From the human T2T-CHM13v2.0 reference genome, Homo sapiens: 64,000 bases of DNA. The notes below the pieces were generated by a model. The model was not told the DNA's origin, made no database searches, and was given only the letters and a program-made list of their open reading frames with translations. Numbering within the stretch: the stretch's first letter is position 1; each line of letters starts with the position of its first letter. The stretch lies in the NCBI RefSeq assembly GCF_009914755.1, contig NC_060936.1, one strand, 5' to 3'. A program made the translations under genes and the position numbers. Below are positions 52,531 through 64,000 of the stretch, piece after piece.

Positions 52531-53302
52531 AAAATTATTGTACAAGAGACTAAATAGGAGACACACAAAGCTTCCCAGTCTCATAACCTACCAGTTTCTG
52601 GAAAGCTTCCCCAAGACAGTCTCCTTTTATATATGCCTTAAAACATTTATAATACTTCTCTGTAACAACTTTAAACATTTCTTTTTTTGATCCCAGATTA
52701 AGACTCGATTCTATACAAAACATTTTTGTGAAGAAATTTAAAAAATAGTACCTGTGTTTCCTCAATTCTAAGACACTTTGATTCTATAACTTATCTTCAA
52801 TTTAACAATAGCTTTATTGTCATTAGGAAAAAGGAAACATTACAATAAAAGTACACATATGGAGAAAATATTTGCAAACTATATATATGATAAAGGGTTA
52901 ATATCCAAAATATATAAGGAACTATTATCTAAGTTCAGATTGGCTTAGAGTAGAGGACCTGACTGCCAGTCCAGGGTCCCAAGTCACTTAGACACGAAGC
53001 TTCCCCAATGTGTCTTGAATGTTTTCATTCCCAAACCACCAATGGGCCTTTGTCTCAGCCATGCTCAGGAAAAGTAGGATTTACGGGGACCCATAGGACT
53101 CGCCTATTCCCAGATGGCTCCCCCAGCCTGCCATACATTCTCTGCCCTGTATCTATATCCTTTGAAATCTCCACTGAGATTTTCTTTTTGGTTAAGAGCA
53201 GGGCATATGTGAAATTATAGCTGAAATGCACATTATCTAAAAGGGAGCATTCTTTTATACATTACTAAGATGAATTTCAGATTAAATAAATCACACCTAT
53301 GA

Positions 53303-53604
53303 TTTTTTTTTTTTTTTTTTTTTGAGATGGAGTCTCGCTCTGTTGCCCAGGCTGGAGTACAGTGGCGTGATCTTAGCTCACTACAACATTCACCTTCCGG
53401 GTTCAAGTGATTCTCCCGCCTCAGCCTCCTGAGTAGCTGGGACTACAGGCGCGTGCCACCACATCTGGCTAATTTTTTGTATTTTTAGTAGAGACGGGGT
53501 TTCACCGTGTTAGCCAGGATGGTCTCGATCTCCTGACCTCGTGATCCGTCCGCCTCGGCCTCCCAAAGTGCTGGGATTACAGGCATGAGCCACTGCACCT
53601 GGCC
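53303..53604 (-). mobile_element. AluSc/Y-like, full length
   Basis: Poly-T plus antisense dimer; CCTATGATT on both flanks. Confidence 0.94.
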
Positions 53605-55049
53605 AACTCCTATGATTCTGTTCACTTGTTCATTCTGTTTATTTGTCCCTCTTCCTACAATGACTTTCCCTGCATACACACACATACATACAAACACACA
53701 CACACACATATATAAATGAAACCATTCAGCAAATATTTATTGAGGTCTGCTACAAGGTAGCGCTGTGTTTATAGACACTGAGGGTACAGTTGTAAGGGAA
53801 AAAAGGTACTAACATTTCCCTAAAGAATCTTACAATTTAATAAGAGAAATCATTTAATTTCTATTTAATTTCTATTAATTGTGTAATTTCCATTATTCTT
53901 TATCAATCGCTTAATTTAACGATTATAGGAATAAATCCATAAGTAAAATTGTAATCCATCCTCTATAAGCCAAGCAGGCAGTGTTTGGACTATACGATCA
54001 GTTGTCTTAACCTTGTCAGGTGGAAGGGGAAAGCCTTCTAGCCCTGGTGGCAGGTCCCAGGGATGTTCATTTTAACTGGTCCATGTATAAACCCAAAATG
54101 CAAAAGCAGGTCATATAGGTCTAGGTGATGTTTCCAGCCAGGAGTCATGGAGGGAATGGGACTTTAAGGGATTGTTTATTCTTCTGGAAAATCTCCAAGA
54201 ATAGCTAAAGGACACAAGGCAAAGTTACAGTATGCCAAAAACTGCCTATCCAAGTGGCAGCATCACATTCCCTAGCCTGCTGCCTTTCCAGGCCACTGCC
54301 CAATGGTGGCCACTACACACCTACAGGAGATGGTGTGTAGGAACCTCCATGACTCCTTTCATGCAGGACAGCAGAGGTTGGGTGGCCAAGAGCATTAAGA
54401 CGCCTGGACTCTACAAGATGAGGACCACGGAAGAATAGATGGGTCAGACAAGAGTATGACCCACAGAGGAAAATTTGAAAACCATCACTCAAATATAATG
54501 TTCTCTCTTGCTGTGAGTCTCCATTTTCTATTTTTTTCCTTATATTTTTGGCACATTATTTTAGGTGCGGTGGGTCTATTTTGGTTTCCCCAAAGCAATA
54601 CTTTAGCAATAGAACATCTGTCACCTTGAGAGCCTGAGAGGAATCTCAATATTCTTCATCATTTTGTAACCAAATCCTAATGTATCAGACATTGACCCTG
54701 TTAGTAAGTATCTAAAATGTGCAGGGTACACGAAATTAAAAAGATTATAACCCCCAGTACCACACACGCACACAGATCTTGTTCTTCCTGTGCCATGTGA
54801 CAGATCTTATCACAGATATGTCCCAAAAGGATACACACATCAATTATCTCATTTGATTTCTCTTTACTGTTTTTTTCTTTGTGTCATTTTAATCAATTTT
54901 TTGTAATTACGGACAATGTTCTTATCTAACAAGCAGTATTTAAAATATTTGTTTTTGGGAAACAACATTGATATTGAATTTTCTACTCTCAAGAACTTTA
55001 AAAATCAAGTGAGTGACAGACAGTATGTAAGTAACACAGAGGGCTCAGC

Positions 55050-55215
55050 CATTGCACAACTATGAGACCCGGCCACACATTTAACCTCTCTGAGCCTCAA
55101 TTTCCTCATTTATAAATAGGAGCAATAATGCATGGCTCACAGGACTGTGTAAGAACTAAATTAGATCATGTATGTAAAGCAAATCGTACAATGTAGGTGG
55201 CTACAGCATGTTAGT
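55050..55215 (+). mobile_element. MIR SINE
   Basis: ATTTAACCTCTCTGAGCCTCAATTTCCTCATTTATAAATAGG core. Confidence 0.8.
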
Positions 55216-57271
55216 CCCTCCCCCTTTTCCCTCAGCTTACTGAGGTCTCTGGAGGATACAGCAAATAAACACAAATGGCATGGTGAATTCTGTGGGCTAA
55301 AAATGTGATCTTTTCAAGGCATAGGGTGTTTTAGTTTCTGAAACAACTGTTGTACATCTAAGAATAGCTCTGTTTATGACTGTGTGATTTTATCCATCTG
55401 GGTTCACACAACCTCAATGTATCAGTTAGTCTTTCACATTAGGTTTAAATTTTATTTTCCCAAAGAAAGTCTTCTCCAGGCACTTCAGTTCACAGTGATC
55501 TCTCCCTTTCTTAAATCCTCCTCCAACCTCCAAATGCATTAAGCAAAACCTCACCCTTGAGAGAGAGAGAGATTTTCCTTAATCAATTTGTCCACCTCTA
55601 AAGCAAGGATTGTAACCAATGCCCCTTTGTGTTTTTGGAACTCAACACAGTACCTTGCATTCAAGCAGGTCCTAAAGATATGCTTGTTGGTGGATTGGTT
55701 GGTTGATAGATGGACAAGGACTTAACTCCTTTGTTATAACTGTGTAACAGTCTTGCATTATCTGGAGTTCATACAGGGGAGGAGGACTTTCTCAAGGAAT
55801 TCAACTGCTAATTCCCCAACAGCCCCCAAATGGTACCACTTGGAGTAGCTGAGGAGGAATCACTCAGGATCTATGATTTGAACCACTCTGAGATCTACTA
55901 TAAATTCAACAGCTTCATCCGCTGCTCCCCTAGCTAAGCAATGAGCAGTGTTTCTTCTCCACTGAAAACAGAAACATTTGTCCAGTTTAGTAAATGTCAG
56001 CCCAGCAGCATGAAGAACAAAATATCGAATGTCATTTCCATGAAGCAAAGTTACTGGGCCAACAGCAGATGCATCCCTTGGCACCAGGCGAAACTCATTA
56101 TGTTAGCAGCCGTAGCACCAGAGATCAAGAGCACACAAAGCCCAAGCTTTCAGGGCTGGTTAAAAAGATCCATCTATTGTCTCTGGCAGACAGTGCTAGA
56201 GATAAAGTATCCTGGAGACTCAATGTAAGGCAGGCTGGAAATGCATGTGCCAAGCCAAAACGAAAGCAAGGCTGCACAATGGTAACTACTAAAGGAGCAG
56301 CTGGTCCTGGTGGCACCAGACTGTGACTTTCAGCCCATGTCATCAACACTTGTCCATAGGGTAAACATTTTCTGAAGAGGTGCCTGTCAGTTTCCATTTA
56401 TTTATAAATAAGTGAATGAATAGCATCCAACTTACACATTTTTCATGGTCTTTTTTTTTTCTTTTAAATTCTGAGGGCAGATGAGAAAGAGCACCATGAA
56501 GCAAAGTGATAACACAAGGAGAATGCAGCTCTGTCCTGGAAGGAGGGTTGACGACTGACAGATGATACATGTTGAGTCAATGGAATGAGGCAGTTGCAGG
56601 CTATTGTTGGAACAAAAGGAGGTCAAGTTTTATTCTTTTCTCCTGCTGGGACAGAAGGAGTTGGTCACAACTTTTCTTTAAAAAAAAAGGAAAAGAGGAA
56701 TGCATTCCTAAATCAAGGCTTCCTGGGGCAGCGAGAACAATTGCAGCACTCCTCAGCTACACTATCTCTGTTAGTGGACAAACGCTGCTAACTTTTTAAG
56801 CTGAACTTGGAATCTTCTTGGGCTTGAGCTGTCACTCTAAGAAAGTTCTTTAAAATGCAGATTAGCCACAGGCATCTCATTTTATTAATTTCCTCTTGGA
56901 AATAACAAAATGGCTATGAAAAGACAAAACTGTGTACATTCATAAGGTTTTATATGGAGGTCTGTAGAATGCAATGATCACGAAGTAAGTTTCCTATCTG
57001 TAAAAATGGCCTTGGAGTTCTTACCAGCTTGCTCTTCAAAACAAAAAATAAAAATAAATAAATTGTATCAAATCCATCTTGGAGCAGAAGGTAAATTGGA
57101 AAAATACAAAAAGGCTGAGGATTAAATAAATGCACTTCTTTGAAACAGATGATGACATTTTCTAGGCCCAATTCAGATGATGCAGAGCTTCCTTTTGCAA
57201 AGCAGCACGCTACGCAACAAATGGCCTGACGGGCCTTTGGGTTTAAATCTCAGCTGACATCTCTCACCAAG

Positions 57272-57729
57272 TGTGGAAGAATGATTGCATTAATTCCCCA
57301 GTTCCTTGCTCCTTCCTGTATCCAGGTTCTGACTACCATCCCAGCCATGTTACTTTCTTTGACCAAAGGGATGTTATCAAACATGTCACAAGCAAAGAGA
57401 TTAGAAACTGTGAGTTTCCATTTGTGTCTTTGCCCTCAACGACGGCCATAAAAATATGCCAGAGCTAGTCTACTGAATGATGAGAGACAACTGGAACATA
57501 GGTGAGATCACCTGATCATCTCATCCTAAACAATCCTAATCTGCTGACAGTCAGCTGACTTCCAGGCATGTCAGGGAGCCCAGCTCAGACCAGAAGAACT
57601 GCCCAGCTGAGCTCAGCCTAAATCACTAACCTGCAGACTTGTGAGCTGAATAAACACTTATTGTTCCAAGCCACCAGGTTTTGTGGTTATTTATTATGAA
57701 GCATTATTGTGGCAAAAGATAACTTATAT
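57272..57729 (+). mobile_element. Old MLT1 (MLT1H/J-like) solo LTR within a MIR
   Basis: CCAGAAGAACTGCCCAGCTGAGCTCAGCCTAAAT ... AATAAAC ... AAGCCAC ... GCATTATTGTGGCAAAAGATAACT. Confidence 0.75.
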
Positions 57730-58925
57730 ACTACATGATACTGGATGAATCCCTTTACCCCACAAGCTTTAGTTTTCTTTAATATTCTCATATGCAAAAT
57801 GAGTGTACATTTTCTTCTCAAAGTAGATGTCACAATTAAATTCATTAAATTAAATAAGGTATATGAAATTATTTAACACAATCGTGGCACATAACTGGCA
57901 TGTAATCAATGAGAGTTCCTTCTATGCCTCACATTCTTCCTTTAGATCTCTCTCATCAGAAGAAACGTCTTCTTAATGTCCTCACTATTAGTTTCCATTC
58001 ACCAGACACCACATGATTCATAGTTGTGCGCTGTTTGGAGCACTGTGCTGGCATCCATTGGGTACGTCGCCAACACTAAACAGAAAGATTCTTGTGATAC
58101 CTGGAAAAATCCTGCGATGTGCTTGAAATTTCCCAGGTTATTGCAAAGATTCCATTTACTTCAGATCACAGCTCCAGGTTGAAGCCCAGAGAAATGGCAC
58201 TGACTTTCCCCTTCCTGAAGGCTGTCTCTGAAGATACAAGCCCACGTTTCACTGTTTTACTTCTTCACTCCTCTAATAACATTTCTTGGGATCACCTTTC
58301 ACAGGAACTGCTTGTATCCAAGTTTTTGCTGAGGTCTGCTTCAGGAAAATCCAAACTTCATCAATCCCAGATACCCATCTTTCTATGGAACCCACCTGAA
58401 AACTCAGATTCCAAGAGGCAGATCTAGCAAGAATATGAGAGGGAGCAGAATCATACCCTCCTTTGAAGAATATTTGATGAGTATAGACATTGAGATCACA
58501 TCGATGATTCCATTCAGGCCTTCGGTATCTCCCTTCTGAGATTTTGTAGTAATCATCTAAGTGGTCTTTCTTTCAAGTTTGTCTCACATCTCCTCACTAT
58601 CCCTCCTATATTCATCTCCATACAATCACAAAACTGCCATGTGGCTTCCCTCCTTAAAAATTATTAAATGCCCCCCACATCCTCATGATGAGTCCAATCT
58701 ACCTAAAATAACATACAAGACACTTCTGATCTCATCATCCCTGTTTACCTCTCCTGCCTCATGCCTTACCACTTCCCTGTACCTCCCACTTTGGCCACAC
58801 TAAGTAACTTGCAATTCCTGACTCTGTATGCCATGTTACATTGAAGTGCTATTTCCTCAATCTGAAATCTCTTCCTCCCATATACCTACTTCCGGAACCC
58901 CAATTCCTCCTTTGAATCCCACACA

Positions 58926-59666
58926 TAATTGTGATCTTAAGGGTCCCAGGGACTTCATACACTGCTGAGTAAGAACTCACCATTTGTTGAGGTAATCTAC
59001 TGGATTAAGGTTTCTGAAAGTGTAAGACTATCACTCATAGAGAAGCAGGCTCTTCAGGCAGGCTTGGGAGGTCATAATCAGGACATGGAATGGATTGGGC
59101 AATCATATCTACTCTGTTGCTGACTGTTCTTTCAAAACATATCTCTAATCCCTTCAATTCCTTCCATGCCTACCCCACCACCCATATCAGATCCCCCTCT
59201 CATAGCACCATGTACCTGCCCTCACTGCCTTTTTGAGTGTTTTAATTTTATATTACATGCAAGGTTAATTGATTAATGTCTGTCTCCTTCTGTAGATGGT
59301 AAATTCCTGTAATAAAACAGCCAAGTCTACACTCAGTCACTATGGATGCAGTTCTTAGTACAGAGTATGGCAGATAGTAAGCATTCAATAAATATTAGTC
59401 AAAGTAATTAGTGAATCTGTCCCTTCTATTTACAAAATTTAACCTTCAAGTCACTTCCATCATTTCATACCTAGTGCTCTATAGCAACTTTTGGCTCACA
59501 TGTTAACTTCCCATACCTAATTGTGATCTTAAGGGTCTCAGGGACTTCCTACAGTGCTGAGTAAGAAGTCACCATTTGTTGAGGTAATCTACTGGATTAA
59601 GGTTTCTGAAAGTGTAAGACCATCACTCATAGAGAAGCAGACTCTTCAGGCAGGCTTGGGAGGTCA
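58926..59666 (+). repeat. 149-bp non-tandem direct duplication (58926-59074 and 59518-59666)
   Basis: Two copies TAATTGTGATCTTAAGGGTC ... GGCTTGGGAGGTCA, 6 mismatches by eye. Confidence 0.95.
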
Positions 59667-59763
59667 AACAGTACTTCAGTCGGCAAAGATGATGGCTTAA
59701 ACACGGCTTGATAAAAAACAAAATGCAGGTAAAAACAACTTGTGTAGGAAATAGTAAGTTGTT

Positions 59764-60128
<365 letters not shown>

Positions 60129-60539
60129 TTATGCCTAAATAAGAAGGACAAATGGACTTTCACATACTAACTCAGAATTAGACAAACCATCCTTCAGTGC
60201 TAGTCTGGAAAGGCATCCTCAGGAAGAGACAAAAGTGCATGCTGCCTACAGGCAGCTGTTCCCCAAGGAAAAGAACAAAAAGGGGCAGGCCCACTTTCCC
60301 CTCTAACCTCCCCAATCACATCAGGTCACTCTACCTCTCCTGGTACATATTCAGTGAGGATCTGAGGAAAGAGGCAGGTGGTTATTCTAATGAAGCTCAC
60401 TTCACATAAGATGTGGACAATTAATAATCCTTCCTAACAATTTATATCAAGGATCAACAAATGATAGCTCATGAACTGAATCCTGCCCGCTGCATGTTTT
60501 CGAGCTCCTCCCAAGCTAAAAATGATTTTTGTATTTTTA

Positions 60540-60897
<358 letters not shown>

Positions 60898-61289
60898 CTA
60901 TTTTCCTGAGAAGATTTGTTTCCACTTAGCTTATTTACTTCCCCTCACATCCCTCTGTTTTCTCACCCTTCTGTTTGGCTTGTCTTCCCTCTGCCTGGGG
61001 ACTAGGTCATATCCATTGTTTAATCCCATCTCCATTCCCACTGAAATCATTGTCTCTGTGTGGACAATGCTCAGTTCTCCCCTTCACTCGAAATATGTTT
61101 CATCTTGAAATTTTGGCTGTATTTCTCAAGGTACCATCTCAACTCCTCCACCAACTTTTACTGCTAATGTTTTCAAAAAGCACATATTTTATACTTAATC
61201 TATTCTACTTCATCATTCATTGACTCTTTTTCAGTTCCTTCCGTTCTTAAAGCACCACATGTGGAATGGTTAAAGGACAGAAGTATGTT

Positions 61290-61620
61290 TACTTTGAAGA
61301 AGAGAAGGCTCAAGTTTGTCATGCAAGTTGTTAAAATTGGACAGGCTGTCAGGTGGCGGAAGGATCACGTGTCTTATAAGCCCAAAATGGAAAATGAGAA
61401 TTAGCAAGTAAAAGCTACAGTGAGGCAAATTTCAATATAGTATTGGAAAGAATTTTATGTCCACCAGAATTATCCAGGGATGAAGTTGGCTGCTGTGGGT
61501 AACAGCAAACTTTCTGTTACTGGAGGTATTCAAACTTACATTAGATTGTTGTAGAATCGAAGAAAGCATTAAATGAGCTTGTAGACCAGATGGGTGCTTC
61601 TGTATGCTGAGATTTTCGTG
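61290..61620 (+). mobile_element. L3/CR1 LINE 3' fragment
   Basis: GAAGAAGAGAAGGCT ... GGAAAGAATTTT ... TTACTGGAGGTATTCAA. Confidence 0.5.
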
Positions 61621-61692
61621 ATTATCATAAACAAAGCCATGTTTCAAGTTCATGTTATTTTGTGTGTGTTGTGTATATATAAAAATAAACCA

Positions 61693-62288
61693 GGCCGGGT
61701 GCGGTGGCTCACGCCTGTAATCCCAGCACTTTAGGAGGCCAAGATGGGTGCATCACAAGGTCAAGAGATCGAGACGATCCAGGCCAACATGGTGAAACCC
61801 CATCTCTACTAAAAATACAAAAAGTAACTGGGCATGGTGGCACATGCCTGTAGTCTCAGCTACTCGGGAGGCTGAGGCTGGGGAATCCCTTGAATCTGGG
61901 AGGCAGAGGTGTCAGTGAGCCAGGATCACACCACTGCACTCCAGCCTGGTGACAGAGTGAGACTCTGTCTAAAAAAAAAAAAAAAAAAAAAAAGGCCAGG
62001 CGCGGTGGTTCACGCCTGTAATCCCAACACTTTGGGAGGCTGAGGTGGCAGATCATGAGGTCAGGAGTTTGAGACCAGCCTGACCAACATGGTGAAATCC
62101 CATCTCTACTAAAAATATAAAAATTAGCTGGACGTGGTGGCATGCGCCTGTAATTCCAGCTACTCAGGAGGCTGAGGCAGGAGAATCGCTTGAACCCAGG
62201 AGGCAAGGTTGCAGTGAGCGGAGATAATGCCACTGCACTCCAGCCTGGGCGACAGAGCGAGACTCCATCTCAAAAAATAATAATAATA
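61693..62288 (+). mobile_element. Two head-to-tail Alus (AluSc-like 61693-61993; AluS 61994-62288)
   Basis: Two full dimers joined at an A tail. Confidence 0.95.
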
Positions 62289-64000
62289 CTCTTTTTTTAT
62301 TATCATAAGAGAGTCAGGAAAATGGGAAAGAGTGCATTGTTGAGTTGAAAAGTCAAGTTAAAGTATTCACAGTGACTGAAAAGGAAATAAAAGAGGGAAT
62401 CAACAGGACTTAAATAGAAGGAACATTGAGCTGTGGTGAGGGCCAAGTGTACAAAAAAGTGGACAGGTCTCAAGGGTTAGTGAGTTTTTCCAACAATGTT
62501 TAACAACTCATGGCTTTCCTACATCAGCCCTTTTCCCATACACCCCCAAATGCAGGGTCCAGAGTGATTGCACCACTGATTGCTGTGGGGGTTGGGGGGT
62601 GGGGAACCTGAGAAGCTCATTGCAGGGAAGACAGCAGTGGCTCTTTGTCTCCAGCTCCAAGCATATGTGTGTCTTTGTGAGTGCAGATCCTCAAGCATAT
62701 GTCCCAATAGAAACATTCTACTCTATGGGCTTATTAAAGAATCTTAACACCTTCTAAAATTGCCCAAACCCTTATAGATGCCCAGTATTCAACAATGTGA
62801 ACTGCTTGACCTATTCAGTCAGAAATAATAGAAAATGTATTAAAAGCACTACCTTTTCATGCTCTTAACATAATGCTTTGAATTTCCAGTGCATCCCAGT
62901 GGATTACTGTGAATTGTTTTGTAGGCACAAAATTTTCTGTTTGTTTTCCCTCCTACTGTATGCTATAATCTTTGAAAGTGTATTTATCCAAAGATGAAGG
63001 CACTTGTTTCTCCCCCAGCCTTCTCTGGAGGAGCACTTAACAGCATGTAGGAAAGCCTATGTTTAAAGTCTGGTTGACCCCCTAGTCGATTTCCCACCCC
63101 CGTGATTGCTCTCTTTTAATTTTCATCACAGTTCCCACCTCATTCTCCACCCCACTGACTCTCTAGGCTATCTTCCTGTTACCTGTGTTAGAATACTCCC
63201 ACTCCTCTTGCCACCCCTGTGTTCAAGAGTCATAACCCTTTGGAGTGCTGTGTCTCTGTGAAAGAAGACAGAGACTGGTCAGACTCAAGGCCTTCAGGAG
63301 ATTTTATGAATGTGATGGTGCCCATAGCTCCATAGGAACTATGATTATCATCATCAGCCCAGCTAGCAAAACAGACCTGCTCATCACGGTTTATACATGA
63401 AAGGGAAAAACCATTTTTCCCATCTTGCAATGATGAGCTTCTCCTTTAGGTGTGTTTTTGAATGATCTCCTGCCATTTTCTCCCCAAGAACTCTTAACAT
63501 TATTTGACATTCACTTCAGCATCTTGCGACTTGGGTCCAGGAACAATAAACCAAAATAACCAAGTAAAGGAAACATGCATTCTTTATTTTTTCCCCATCC
63601 AAACACTTGCTCACTTAGAGCATTCACTGGTGAAAAGCAATGCACCTCCAGCTGGAGAGGAAGAAAGCACAGGGAAACCAGGATGGAATAAGAGTGAATT
63701 TGCTATATGGAGAGAATGTCAGATTTTTGGTTTGAATGGGGAGAAAAAGAAAAAGAATAACTTCAAAGGTACTCTGCCTTTGAGCAGGGTAATCAGCACA
63801 TTTCACCCCATTTTAACTGAATATAGCCTTGCAAGTCCACTGATTCTCTCCTATTTTATTGAGAAAAATCACAAGAGCTTCCCAAATTTTTCTTTTCTTT
63901 GTCAGCATTTTATAGACGATTGGGGACAAGTTCTTTGGGCACAGACAGGCCTGAATTAAATTCAAGACTTCTCTGTCATTTACCAGGTGCTTGATCTTTC

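Noticed and set aside
63403-63421. GGGAAAAA-CCA-TTTTTCCC hairpin near an ATGATGA box C-like motif
   Set aside because: A low-complexity 8-bp stem is expected by chance; no paired box D or terminal stem for a snoRNA.
63504-63959. 151-aa ORF
   Set aside because: Non-ATG start, no recognisable homology, no splice support.

Overview
Primate (very likely human) non-coding, repeat-dense genomic DNA, intergenic or deep intronic. It carries about 18 Alu copies or fragments, several L1 fragments (L1PA, L1MA and an old L1M/HAL1-like element), L2/MIR/CR1 remnants, solo LTRs (LTR8, MLT1, MLT2, MSTB, LTR16-like), DNA transposon fossils (Tigger4/MER46, MER20, MER58, MER5) and microsatellites. There is no CpG island and no convincing intact coding exon; almost all ORF-track entries are repeat-derived or chance ORFs. 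The only gene-derived sequences I recognise are a processed MTCH2 pseudogene (about 3924-4912) and a truncated U13 snoRNA retrocopy (18391-18459). I find no evidence for a new multi-gene system. The most notable signals are structural: a composite L1 + unique DNA + L1 insertion inside one 19-bp TSD (probable 3' transduction); an MTCH2 retrocopy junction that looks like a cryptic-donor splice isoform; several non-tandem local duplications (67, about 250 and 149 bp) resembling templated insertions; a 37-bp twin-priming inversion in an L1; and re-use of single L1-endonuclease sites. Repeat family and subfamily names and the MTCH2/U13 comparisons come from my recollection of consensus sequences, not from a database search.
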